A stretch of DNA of 62,201 nt, filler included. It is 12 parts of 12 records of this genome, joined end to end, with 100 filler letters (N's around TTAATTAATTAA, not from the genome) between each part and the next. Parts side by side here need not be neighbours in the genome. Positions count along the whole stretch, not along the records: positions 1 to 5,268 come from SRR15195285_4345; positions 5,369 to 11,396 come from SRR15195285_4351; positions 11,497 to 16,057 come from SRR15195285_4359; 9 more parts are not named here. The stretch is one strand, 5' to 3'. Each line of letters opens with the position of its first letter. Positions within the stretch are counted from its first letter, which is position 1. Of this stretch, positions 1 through 11,571 are shown piece by piece. The notes beneath the pieces were generated by a model. The model did not search any database, was not told where the DNA came from, and saw nothing but the letters and a program-made list of their open reading frames with translations. Position numbers and translations under genes: made by a program.

Positions 1-413
1 CCCCGCCGCTGACAGCTTCGGCGTGGCTGTGAGAGCCGCCAAACATATTAGCGAAGCTTGCCTGAGCAGGCGACCTAGCAAATCTGACCACGACTTGCCT
101 TGTGCTGTGGTCGGCGCAGGTGCTCCTGGAGCCGGATCGCGCGGCTGCTCAGAGCGGGGCCGCGGGCCGGATTTGGGCGCAACTGCCGCAGCGCCCCGAG
201 GCTCAAAACACGGGCAGGCCGTCGCGATCGATACGCAAGCTGTCGGCAGGGGGAATCGTGACACCGTGCCTGAAGAAGCACTTCACCGGATCGAGCAAAC
301 GCCGGCACGAGACCGCGTTCAAGTGGGGTCCGAACGGCTGCGAGTCGGACGGTGAGGAAGACGGGCGTGGGGCTGGCGACGACGAGCACGAGCAAGAACG
401 AGCACGCACTACG

Positions 414-2204
414 ATGCTCATGGCATCAGCAGCTCTGCTCTGCCCGTGGATCGTCGTGGCTGCAGATCCACCCGTATCCGCTGGGCCGCGCCCAGCCGCG
501 GAGCTGGCACCGTATCCACCAATGCATTGGCACAGCTGGAACACATTCTGTGCCGAGGACATGGTCAATCACACGAACATGCGCGAGATGGCCGACGCGC
601 TGATCAGCTCGGTGCGCCAGTAGATTTGAGAATTTCCGCCTGAATGCACGCGCAGAACTATAGGAGTCGCCGTGCTGACTCGAGTAGAAAATATCTCCCG
701 GCCCCATGGTGTCGTAAACTGAATGCGTCTACACCTGTGCTGTGCGTGGCAGGGAATGGCGGATGCTGGGTACAGGATGGTAAATGTGGTTTGCAGCGGG
801 TGGACGGGGCGCGATCCCGTCACGCACGAGCTGCAGGAAAACAAAACCTTCTGGCCACAAGGCATCGCGGACCTAGCCAAGTATCTGCACTCGAAGAATT
901 TGCAGCTTGGATGCTACACTTCGCCAGCCAAAACCAATTGCTGTGGCGAGCCCGGCAGCCTGGGTTACGAGGCTATCGACATGGAAACTTTCGCTCGGTG
1001 GGGGTGCGATCATGTAATGGTAGACTGGTGCCGCGGGTATGTCGATCCACTCGAGACCAAGGCCGAATATAAGCTCATCGGCGATGCCATTGCCAACTCG
1101 TCGAACCCAAACATGCTCTACGGCATCTGGCCGGGGGGGCTCGGGAAGTCTTGGAAGTGGGGTGCTGAAGTGGGGGGGCACTACTGGCGCACTGCCCGTG
1201 ATATCTCAAACGGTTGGACGTCGGTGCTCCACAACTTCGACACGGCCTACTCCATCCCTTCTATCGACACATACACAATACCTGGACACTACACGTTCCT
1301 AGATCAGATGGTAGTAGGCGTGGCTCCAAACGGCACCGGTGATCGGTCTGCGCATGGGCCGAAGGGGGGAGTACCCGGCCCAGGACTCTCACCTTCTGAA
1401 ACACTCGCTCACATGACCATGTGGGTGATGGCAGCCAGTCCTCTACTTACCTGCAACGATGTCCGCAATATGACCGATGACATCAAAAACATCCTCACGA
1501 ACCCTGAAGTACTCGCTGTGCACAAGGATCCACTCACAAAGATGGCAGTTCGGATTGACATAGGCGGTGGTGTCGAGGAAGCACATGCTAGCAACCTGTG
1601 TGCATCTGAAATATCAGTCTACGGAAAGGAGCTTTACGATGGCAGCTCCGCGGTGATGGCGCTAAACCGCGGCGAGTCCAACGCATCTGTCGTGCTGCAC
1701 ATGGAAGACATCGGCAACTCTATGCACACAACCTACGGTGCGCGCGACCTTTGGGGACGTGCAAATCTATCGATTGGAGAGAATGGCCATGCCGAACCAG
1801 TGGTCAACCAGGTGGCCGTCGAAGTCGCTTCGCATGGCGCGCGCCTCTTTCGTTTCTGGCCAATGAAGCCTGCCCCGCCGCCACCACCGCCCCCGCCGCC
1901 ACCACCAGTGCCTCACGTGCCATGCCCAAGTGGGTTTCAGTCGCACGATAGTGGGTTTTGGTTTAACACTGACCCGTGCCCACACAACGATTTTGGTAAC
2001 TGCACTGCCGACAAAGTGAACGCCACGGTGCCGAAGTGTGCCAAGAAGTGCATGAGCACCAGCCAGTGCGTAGCATTTGAAGTCTTCCTTGGAGGAGATG
2101 CGACGAACCACGCGTGCTACATATTCCTGAAAGAAATGACCCCGCCGTTCACGCTCAGCTCTCAGTCAGAAACATGTGTCCGCCAGAGCGCGACTCGAGA
2201 CTGA
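414..2204 (+). CDS. Secreted GH27 alpha-galactosidase-family glycosidase with poly-Pro linker and C-terminal Cys-rich (PAN/apple-like) module; 2 exons (414..611, 753..2204)
   Basis: Signal-like N-terminus and PPMHWHSWN in exon 1. Phase-0 GT-AG intron 612..752 joins ...ADALISS to GMADAGY. Nucleophile region HVMVDWC, acid/base WRTARDI, WVMAASPLL, NPEVLAVHKD, ARDLW. Confidence 0.9.
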
Positions 2205-2856
2205 GATGCCAAGTTGAAGGCGTGCCTCATTGAGGAGTCTTCGAGCTACCGCGAGGGAATGGAAAAAGTTTGTTGTCGAGCTTAGACAGAGAGAAAAATT
2301 CGTCATCGCAAGATGATTATGATTCCTCTAGCGAGGCCTCCACGAACTTCACAGTCTCCCCATCGCCACTCCTGTGCGCCGTTACATGCCGCCCTGACGC
2401 CATCTCAGCTTTTGTCCAGCTCGGGACATCGCGCAGCAAGGTCACTTGAAATACAGGAAGCGAAGGTATTGAGACCGAAAGAAATAAATATGAAAACCAA
2501 TAGAAACGAAACGACAACAAGCCTACAGCATGCTGTCCATTAGCTACCCGAGCACCACTATTCGCTGTGTCGCATCTATCTGTTCTTGGTGTTGAGTGTC
2601 GTCGGACTGATTGGATCCATCCTGCTTGATCCACGCTGCGGTGTTGCTGTGGAGATGAGCGCTCGTCGCAAAGCACTGTAGACGCTTGAAGTTGGCAACA
2701 CGAGTGCGCGAGCTAGACGGCGCCGGCAAGATCAACGGGAAGTCAAAGTCAGTGCTTTTCGTGCACGCTGATGACGGGCGCGATGCAGACACTCGCTCGT
2801 CGACAGGCAGAGGGGGACGTCTGACCGGTGGGTGATGTCACTCGGTGCGCGGGGAC

Positions 2857-5148
2857 TCACACCACCTCACCAGCCCCTAAGCGCTGCCGCTGCAGCTCAA
2901 TGAGCTCGCGGTGCCCCACCAGCTCCACATGCTCTGCCATCTCACTCGCCCACGATTGCTCGATATCTGTGTCCCAGATTTCGTACAGAAAGGTGGTGGA
3001 GCCACGCATCCACTCCGCATTCAGCGATGCGGCGATATCCGGCGGCGGCTGGTCAAGCGCTTGGTGCGCCTTGATGACCATCACGCTGCCGATCTGATCC
3101 GGTAGATCCATCGACTCCGGAAAGCGCATAAACACGCCCTTAATTGCCGTTTGGTTGAGCCGTTTGATATACGCTTCCAATGCGGTAGTGTCGGCGCTGG
3201 CGTTGGGCTGGTCGGCCGGTCCAGCCGGCCCAGGCGTAGTCGGACCGATTCGGTCCCAGTGCACGTACGCTTCCCAGCCCAGCTCCGCCGCCGCGGCCGC
3301 AGTAGCGTGCGCAAAGTTGGCCTGCTTGGAAGGTGGGGAGATCGCAGATGGGAAGTTGTACCCGAAGCCACTCGGACCCATGAGGAAAGAGTCCTGGCCG
3401 GTGGTCGCGGCAGCGGCGTAGTACCAACGCAGAACGTCCGGGGCGTACTCGATCAGCCGATTGCTAAGCGTCCAGCTCATCGGCGGGCACGCGATCGAGC
3501 GATTGCGATCAGTCACCCAGCGGCAGAGTGCGAGCCGCGTTCTCATCTTCTCGCGGTTCGGGCCAGTCACGATCTGCATATTGTCTCCATCACTGCGAAC
3601 AATCGCGACGTATGTCTTGGAGCGGTTGTATCGTGGTGGCTGGACAGCTGGCAAGGCAGCGTGGTTCATCGCCGGGAAGGCCGATAGCTGCTCGTGGAAG
3701 GAGAAGCTGGTCACGTAGTCTGCCACAAGAGAGAGGACGTTGTGCTTGGGTGTGCACATGCTCGTCACCTCTGACCACCACAGAGCGCCAGTATTGTAGC
3801 CCATAACGGAGAGCAGTTTTGCGCCACGCCAGTGTGTGCTCTGTGTCGCGCGTACAAACAGCTCGTGTGACGCGGAACCGTTGATGCAAATGCCGTCTGA
3901 TGACAGAGCATTCTTCGTGTCACCAGCTGCTTCCGGCCAGATTGCAAATAGACGCCGGCTGACTATTAAGTCGACTTCGTATCCTGCAGCTAACGTTGCA
4001 GGGTCGGAGTAAACGAGCGTGTCGTCGTTAGAGCTAGCGTTCATGATGTGATCTATCGCCCAGCTGGTGGCAACCTTCGCGTTAGCCCACTGCCCGCGGC
4101 AGTCATGCTTTGTCGGTAGTTGACCCTCTAGGTCGGCATGACAGAGCGGGTTGCTAGTGTTGCCGCCGCCGCCGCCGCCGCAGTCGACGACGACGCTGGA
4201 GTGGATCCCGCCAAGTGTCAGGGCCGTCGCCAAAGCATGCAGCTCCGCCTTGTTGTCGGTCAGCACCCTGCCATGTACTGCACCCGCAGCCACGGCGGCC
4301 AAGACAAACTCGGTCGCATTGGTTGAGTTGATGAGCCGCGGCGTTGGGGTGAGCAACGGGTCGCCACTACGCAACGCATCGGCCAGCCACGCCTCGTCGC
4401 ACGAGTGGCGGTTGCTGTTACTGAACAGCGCGCAGGCAGCCGGCCGCTGCGTGTGGCGGTTGAGCAGCCCGACTGCTGTCATTGCGGCGGTTTCCTCGCC
4501 CGAGCCTTTCCATATCAGCAGGCGGCGGTTCGGTTCTGCGGCGGCGGCGGTGGTGGCTGCGGCTGCGGCGGTTGTTGCAGGAGCTGTAAGCGGTAGGGAT
4601 TCAGCGGTGGCTGGGCTCGCCACGCTCCTGGGTGCACGAGCGAGGAACGATCTAGTCGATGGCGCCGTCACGTTGCCAGTGAATGAGCGCGCAGGAGTGA
4701 TGATGCTGCCGTTGTTGTTGGCTCCGCTGCCGCTGCTTCCGTACACGGAGCAGCCCTGCACCTGCCCGTGGACACAGCCCGTGCCGGGCAGCTCGCAGCG
4801 GTACCGCAGCTCGGTGATCGCAACCCGCCGCGAAAGTCCAGGTACTGGGGCCAGGTTGATCACGTTGGAGCCAGAGGGGTTGCGCTCAGCCACCGTGCTG
4901 ACATTTGCGGCGTGCCAGCGGCCATCACCCTTAGCCTGCCTCACCTCGAAGCCTGCCGTGCCACGCAGCTCTAGCCAGCGGCTGCCGACCGACCGGAACG
5001 CCACGGCCAAGCCGCCGCCCAAATCGAGCGCACCGATAAAGATGGGGCTAGCGCACGGCTGCTGCTCCGGCTGCTCGGCGGCTGCGGTGGCGGCTGCTAC
5101 TGCTCCGGCGCCCAGCGCCAGCGCCAGTGCCAGCAGAGCCAGCGTCAT
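2857..5148 (-). CDS. Secreted GxGYxYP-family putative glycoside hydrolase
   Basis: Hydrophobic signal peptide; SDGDN and GPSGFGYNFP motifs of the GxGYxYP C-terminal domain. A possible donor near 2870 means the 3' end could extend. Confidence 0.75.
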   Translation of the reverse strand: MTLALLALALALGAGAVAAATAAAEQPEQQPCASPIFIGALDLGGGLAVAFRSVGSRWLELRGTAGFEVRQAKGDGRWHAANVSTVAERNPSGSNVINLAPVPGLSRRVAITELRYRCELPGTGCVHGQVQGCSVYGSSGSGANNNGSIITPARSFTGNVTAPSTRSFLARAPRSVASPATAESLPLTAPATTAAAAATTAAAAEPNRRLLIWKGSGEETAAMTAVGLLNRHTQRPAACALFSNSNRHSCDEAWLADALRSGDPLLTPTPRLINSTNATEFVLAAVAAGAVHGRVLTDNKAELHALATALTLGGIHSSVVVDCGGGGGGNTSNPLCHADLEGQLPTKHDCRGQWANAKVATSWAIDHIMNASSNDDTLVYSDPATLAAGYEVDLIVSRRLFAIWPEAAGDTKNALSSDGICINGSASHELFVRATQSTHWRGAKLLSVMGYNTGALWWSEVTSMCTPKHNVLSLVADYVTSFSFHEQLSAFPAMNHAALPAVQPPRYNRSKTYVAIVRSDGDNMQIVTGPNREKMRTRLALCRWVTDRNRSIACPPMSWTLSNRLIEYAPDVLRWYYAAAATTGQDSFLMGPSGFGYNFPSAISPPSKQANFAHATAAAAAELGWEAYVHWDRIGPTTPGPAGPADQPNASADTTALEAYIKRLNQTAIKGVFMRFPESMDLPDQIGSVMVIKAHQALDQPPPDIAASLNAEWMRGSTTFLYEIWDTDIEQSWASEMAEHVELVGHRELIELQRQRLGAGEVV

Positions 5149-5268
5149 CTGCTGTCGTTCACCACGCGTGTGACACCCGCGGCGGCGCTTGGGCCATCAC
5201 AATGTGATTCCTGGGTCGCGGAACATGCTTACAGTACCCCCCTCCGGCACCAAAATGTGTTCGCCGAC

Positions 5269-5368
5269 NNNNNNNNNNNNNNNNNNNNNNNNNNNNNNNN
5301 NNNNNNNNNNNNTTAATTAATTAANNNNNNNNNNNNNNNNNNNNNNNNNNNNNNNNNNNNNNNNNNNN
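5269..5368. other. Artificial contig spacer
   Basis: N44-TTAATTAATTAA-N44, stops in all six frames; identical at 11 positions. Confidence 0.99.
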
Positions 5369-5398
5369 GATAAAATGCCGCAACTCGAGGTGGTCAAC
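5369..5398 (+). repeat. Dispersed repeat A copy at contig start
   Basis: GATAAAATGCCGCAACTCGAGGTGGTCAAC is 27/30 identical to 48257..48286; CTCGAGGTGGTCA also occurs at 28537..28549. Confidence 0.8.
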
Positions 5399-5810
5399 TA
5401 TATTTCTCAGATCTCAGTTGATTCTCCATACTAAATACGGTATACCAACCCAGCCGGTGGTGACGGACGGACCCTTGTTGCTCGGGCGCGGCGGCTCCGC
5501 GAGGCAAGGGGGGCTAACGCGGGGCTGACCAAGAAGCGAGGGCTGACCAACAACCGGCCCGCAGCAGACGAGGTTGTGTGACGGCTCGATCTGATCTGAG
5601 GGGTTGGGTCCCCATGTGTGCTGGCGAGTGACGACGGACTCATCAGCTGCCTGCCTGCGCGTGATTGGGTCCCCACGCGGAGCGACTGGCTTTCCGGGTC
5701 TGGAGGCTCGTTTTGGCTTGCCGTCTGGGGGGGGAGGCTGACGTGGCGGCCGCGAGGGAGTGCAGCTTGGCGTGCTCGCGTGCGTGTGAGGTGTTTCGCT
5801 GCTGGCCACC

Positions 5811-6632
5811 ATGCCGCGCTCGTGTGCGTCGGTGCTTCGTGACGCGTGCTCGTGTTGCCAGCCGCGTATCGACCCGTCGGTGCGCGTGCGCCGTCGCTCC
5901 TCGGCGCACGCAACCCGACACGCAACCGCGGATGGCGCCGGGGGCTCCTGGTCCGGAAGCGGCCGTTGGATGGCTGGAGGTCTTGCGGAGCCGCTCTGGC
6001 GCGATGCGCCGCGCTCGGATGACGAGAGTGTTTCAGATGATAGCGAAGACGACGCAAACAGCAGCATCGTAGAGCGGCTGCAGAAAGCGGCGAAGAGGAG
6101 GAGCAAGGCAAAGAAGCGCGAGAAGCGGCGGGAACGCCGCAATGCTGCAGCTGACATCCAAACCCTGCCACGTGCGCGGCGGCAGAGTGAGGCTGTCGTT
6201 CAGCAGGCCAGGATATCCAGGGAACACCGGGCAAGCGCGCCGGAAATTGTGTCGCGACAACATCCATCCGACAGCGACCTGTACGGCGCTATCGCAGCAG
6301 CCTTACACTTGCCACAGACTGGCGGTCCAGAGGCTTTGATCCTACGCGCGTGCCAGCAGCTCGGAATACCACTCGGCAGCTCTGACGAGCTCTATGACAA
6401 CCCTGTGGCTATGGCATCTGCAACGCAGGAAGTCTTGCGTGCTCTTGGGCTAAGCACCGACAGCAGGCGCAAGCCCAGCGCTGGTAGGCGAAAAGCTAGC
6501 GCTGCCAAGCTAGATGATTCGGTACCCGCGTGGCGCGTAGGCGCGGTTGACGTGCTGAACATGCAACGCCAACCAGTGGCTGCCCAGGAAACACGTCGGG
6601 AACGCCGCAGATCTCGCGGTAATATTCAATGA
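5811..6632 (+). CDS. Hypothetical protein with acidic and Lys/Arg-rich segments; start uncertain
   Basis: 273-aa ORF with protein-like composition (SDDESVSDDSEDD, KRRSKAKKREKRRERR); converges on the C2-domain gene. Confidence 0.5.
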   Translation: MPRSCASVLRDACSCCQPRIDPSVRVRRRSSAHATRHATADGAGGSWSGSGRWMAGGLAEPLWRDAPRSDDESVSDDSEDDANSSIVERLQKAAKRRSKAKKREKRRERRNAAADIQTLPRARRQSEAVVQQARISREHRASAPEIVSRQHPSDSDLYGAIAAALHLPQTGGPEALILRACQQLGIPLGSSDELYDNPVAMASATQEVLRALGLSTDSRRKPSAGRRKASAAKLDDSVPAWRVGAVDVLNMQRQPVAAQETRRERRRSRGNIQ

Positions 6633-6699
6633 CGCATTGCACGTTCTTGGCAGACGACAAATGGCCCTGCCTAAGGAGAGGCCGCTCTATGACGCGGGA

Positions 6700-9600
6700 T
6701 CACATGATCGCGCAAAATCTGCTGCGTTTCGGCCCGTCATTCATCTGCCAGCCATCGCCGTCACGCTGGTTGACTCCACTGACCAAGGCGGCCGCATGGT
6801 CGATTTTGAGCTGCGACAACTCCGACCCGACTTTCTGACAGCGCGCGCGAAACGCCGCGGCTTCGCGGTGTGCTTGCTCCAGTCGTACCTCTGCAATGCA
6901 GACAGCGTGGACCAAACCAATCATCAGGAAGTAGATATTGAGCAGGCGCGACACGCCAGTGAGCTGGTACAACGGACATGCACACAACTTCTGCGCTCAA
7001 CAATGCAGGCAACGTGTCTTTGGCGGGTGGATATCTACAACGCACCAAGCTCGTTGGCACGCGATGCGTCTGTCTGCACATCATGCACTGCATCTGCCAC
7101 CGCCTGTGCCACAGTCTCCTGCTGGGTCTTCTCGATGGCGGCCAGCTGCTGCCGAAGCTCTTTTCGCTTTTCTTTATCTCTGTCTCGCGCGACCGTCGCA
7201 TTTTGCAACCGCTGCGAGATAGCCGCCGTGGCGGCTTCGGCATTATCTGCACGGGCTTCTGCCGCTGCGGCTTGCCTTCCTGCGGCTTGCACGGTTGTCA
7301 AAGCCTGCGCTAGCGCCACTCGCTGCCTTCTAAGCCTGGTGCTTAAACGCACACTCTTTACAGCAGCATCGAGCTGGGAAGCCGTCCATTCAGCCTCAGC
7401 AGCTCGCTGGTGCACATCTCTACGTCTCCGGCCTGTGCACACTTCTACTGTGCCCACCTGAATCGCACTGCCGCTAGAAGATTTTGTGGTTAACGGAATA
7501 TGGGTTGGCATCGTTGGCAACGCAGCCGCGCCTATCCCGCGTAGATCAATGCTACCAACAACGCCAAACCCATTGGCATCATCTTCCTCGCTCTGTCCGC
7601 AAGGACGGCGGTAGTCGCACAGAATGAGAACGAGTTGATTCGTTGCACCGTGCTGAATTTGCAACGATCGGAGCGGAATGGTTTGGGGAGGTATCCACCG
7701 GGGTGACGCGCTTCCACTGATCAGTGATGAATGACCCAGCAATTCACCGTTCAAGTGGCACTCTACGTAGAGATCTGGCTTGTATGAGTTTTCGACATCG
7801 CTCGGTACAAGGATACGACCGACTCCATCATTTTCTTGAGCCCCGCGACGGATAGCTTCCAGGTTGATGTCCGCTCCAAGCAGCACCTGTCAGTTCATGT
7901 TGCATGAAAACGTCAAGAAACTATGTGATATGGCGGAAAAAAATTGTAGTGCGCTTGTCCTTACCAGATCATACAGCCATTTGCTACCCGGTTCGTCATC
8001 GATAGTGTGTGACCACCATCGTCGCATTGCGAGGTCGCCAGCGTTTGCAGCAGCCCTCACATCCATCCACTCTTTCTCTGCTTCTGTGACACAGCCAGAC
8101 TCATCCTGCAGTGCACCATTTGCAAGGACCATCAACTCATCACTCCACCCACTGAAGGGTGCTGACGACGCAGCCGACCGCTTTCGAGTGAACTTGCGTT
8201 CAAAGGTCGCCTGTGGCCCTTCAGCTGGACACACGCGTAGCAAGACAGAGCCTCGGACACGAGCCTTGGGATGAGTCGGATGTGGCCGTAGGGGCATCTC
8301 TGCTGCATCTTGCGTTGGCAGTCCGGCAAGGCTTCCGGAAGATGGATCACCTTGATGATCTGCGTTCAGCTCCATCTGTCCAAGGAATGCGTGCTCGCCT
8401 TTTCTCTGGTAATCGAAGAGAGCTACTGCAATAGAATTTGGTCCTGCTCCGGATGGCGGTGATGAGCCATGCAGCATTGCAGCACCACGTAGTACGATCT
8501 CAGCGTTCCACAAGGGAGCAACAGTCTGGAGTGCCACATTGGTCTCGCCAGCCCATACGCCGTTGACATATACCACAGCAAAAGCGTTGACATCAGGTGG
8601 TGGTAGGAACGCCGCAAGACTGTTGCTCAAGTCAGTATTACTGCTCGATGTCAGGGGAGCAAGCCCCTGCGCACCAACAATTCGCACAACATAACCTCCG
8701 AGTGCCTCGTTTTCTTGCACACAAATTTTATCGACCACAGCTTGCACAGCCTCAACCACTTCGGGCAGCGCCTCCGGTTGCTGCTCCACATCAACACAAG
8801 GATCCGACTGCGCACTACCAGCGACTAAGCGAGCAGAGGCGGCAATGGCCATGGCAATAGACCGAGTTGCAGATCGTAGCTTGAACTTTGCGTCAAACTC
8901 GGCCTCTCCGTTTGCCAGCGCTGTTTTCCGTGGGTTGGATGGGGATGGTCTTGCAGAAAGCGACGACACCAGGTTGCTCAGCAGCTGCACACGCTCGGAG
9001 CCACCAGTCTCATGCAGCCCTTCAACCGCCAAGTCTGCGTTCAGGTCTCGCTGCCTACGCCGTTCCTTCTTACCACGTACAAGCCCTTGGATTCGAGCTG
9101 CTGCTGCGTGTTCTTGATCATTGGCATCTGTTCTACACCCGAACGGAACCTCGCTTGACCCCGCCCCATCCTCTCCAGAGCTCTTGCTGCGTAGCAACAA
9201 TGTCGCATTCGGTTCAATTTCTCCCTGCATAGCCGATGCCCAAGTTCGCTGCATGGCACTCATAGTCTCCGCAAGCTGCGGATCCACAGCTGGCATTCCG
9301 ACGGCGAGCCTCGCCGCTCCTAACACTTGCATGCAGAGCTTCTGCAACTCTTCGCGGTCCCTTCCGCGCCATTGGCCCACTGCCATTTTGCCTAGGTGAG
9401 CAGGGGAAGCTCCTCGTGCTGGGTCAGCAAGAGCAACTGGGCCGTGGTGGTCATCAGGGTGCACAGCCGCACGCTGGCCACAGTGCGAACAGCGTTGCTT
9501 GGCAATCTCTTTCGCGCGCTTGGCCTCAAATGCAGCAAGCTTCATTCGATCCCTTGCGGCAGCAGCCTGTTCATGCCGAAGCGACTTTCGACACACAGCC

Positions 9601-10634
9601 AACTCTGCACTGGTCGCCTGCAGTTTTGACTGCGAGCGTAGCAGTGCTACATAAACGTCTGCAGTGTTGCCCAAACTCTGTTCATCAGTGTCGTCCAAGT
9701 TGACGGATACCGTTTCGTCAGCTTCGTGCGCATTTCTGTGCGCTACATCGTGTGCTGTAGCTTCGTTTAAGCTCACAGCTGCGGAAGATGTCGGAGCTGT
9801 AGTCGGAGCGCGTTTGTCCTCTAGCGACTTGATAGTAACCTCAAGTGCCGCACGGTCGCTGCGCTCCTCTTCCAGCTCTAGCTTCATGGACTTGACAGTT
9901 TCGTGCTCCTCCGCGAGCTCCAACTTCAACGACTTCACGTTGGCCAGCGCTGTAGCTAGTCGCGCTTCCGTCTTCTTGTCAATTTTTTCCCACCGACGGG
10001 TGTCATTTACATTTTTGGTTTTCTGAGCTTCTAATTGTTGCTGCAGATTGGCACGCTCTGTGTTCCAGAGCGTTTCGGCCCGCTTGATGCTGTTGTCAGC
10101 TATTTTCTCACGCCGTCTCATCTGCTCATCCATGTCCGCAATCGTGGCCGCCGGAGCGCTCTGGAGCCGGCGCTGCAGATCTCTGCACGCAGTCAGGTCG
10201 CTGCGCACCTGATCATTGTACATCTCTTTAAGCCGAGTGCGCTCTTCAACAAGCAGCTTAGCGTGCCGCCGCTCCTGGTCCCGCATCTGCTCGTCGTGCT
10301 TCGCAGCGCGTTCCTGCAGACCTGCCATTTGACGCAGCACGCCATTGTGCTCCTTGCGCAGCACATCCAGGGCCGCCTCGGCACCACCCACAACAGGCGT
10401 GCTGTAAGCCTTCGGCGCCGGCTTGTTCGGCTTCTGCTTCGGCAGCAGCTGCGGGCGCCCCGCGACGTGTTTCTGCAGCGCCTTGATCAACGGCGTTGCC
10501 TCCACGTCGCCATCGAACTCGGCGAGCAGCGCCGAGGCGCCCAGCGGCGTCGCCGGCAAGCCCAGCTCCTGTCGCATCTCACCCAGCGTCCGTGCCCACC
10601 GTCGCGCCGGTTGCCGAGGCTGCTCGAGCTCCAT
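6700..10634 (-). CDS. Coiled-coil / IQ-motif / double C2-domain protein; 3 exons (introns 7887..7964 and 6891..7045)
   Basis: Long coiled coil, IQ motif IQGLVRGKKERR, two C2-like sandwiches (YVVRIVGAQGL...APLWN...LFDY...FLGQ; PDLYVECHLNG...SPRW...LCDY). Both GT-AG introns restore frame. ATG 10634 (MELEQP) preferred; the ORF is open to 10928. Confidence 0.75.
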
Positions 10635-11396
10635 CGGCGCCACAGCACCACAGCGAGGCCCACTGGCAGCCGTGAGGCCCAGGCTGAGGCTCTGGACGAC
10701 GCGTTCGCTGATTCGACTGCCTGATCTCTGATTCGACTGATGGCTCTGGCTGGACGTTGCTTCGAGTTTCACTTTCAGTTTGCAGGCACCCTCAAGTAAA
10801 AGTTCGGTGACCTCTCGAAACTCGGTGGTCCGGGGACCACGGTGTGTGAATTCACTGTATGACACCAGGCATACATGTAGTACTGGAATACAATGCAACA
10901 AATTTGGAATTGACATGCGAGCGCTCATCTGACTTTTTGCTCTGTATTTCTCAGCGAGTTCTCAGTACCCCGGAAGGTAATCTCATACTGTGCGCCGGTC
11001 GGCGGTCGTACGACTGCAGCTCTGCAGGCACGCGCGGAGCTGCGGACGGACGGAACACAGGCTGGTGGCGCCCCGAAGAGCTGGGGTGTGTGGTGTGTGC
11101 GGTGTGTGTGGTGTGTGCTTGTCTGCTTTTCTGCCTGTCCGTCCGTCCGTCCGTCTAGTCGGATCGGTTGCTCGGTGCGAGTCGCTGCGGCGCAATCTCC
11201 GAATAGACCCACCGTGATGCTGGATCGATGATACTGATGACGAATCGTTGCCGCCCCTGTGCACCGCCACCCCACCTACCAAGATCCATCGTGTCGATCA
11301 TGAGCGTTTTGAGTGGTGTCTGGGGAAGTATGAACGAACGGTACGTCTTGACCGTCGCAGGGCGCTTGGAAATTGATTGTCCGATTCAGTGACACT

Positions 11397-11496
11397 NNNN
11401 NNNNNNNNNNNNNNNNNNNNNNNNNNNNNNNNNNNNNNNNTTAATTAATTAANNNNNNNNNNNNNNNNNNNNNNNNNNNNNNNNNNNNNNNNNNNN
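11397..11496. other. Artificial contig spacer
   Basis: N44-TTAATTAATTAA-N44. Confidence 0.99.
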
Positions 11497-11571
11497 GCGC
11501 AACCAACGGAGAGAGAAGAGGGCGAGGGGGAGAGCGCGCAGTGAGCGGTCGGTGTGAGAGAGCGGGCGTCG

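Noticed and set aside
4151-5173. Long antisense or alternative-frame ORFs (this one, 6637..7461, 41227..42138, 46465..47211, 55173..55931)
   Set aside because: They overlap well-supported genes, lack recognisable motifs and are expected in GC-rich DNA.
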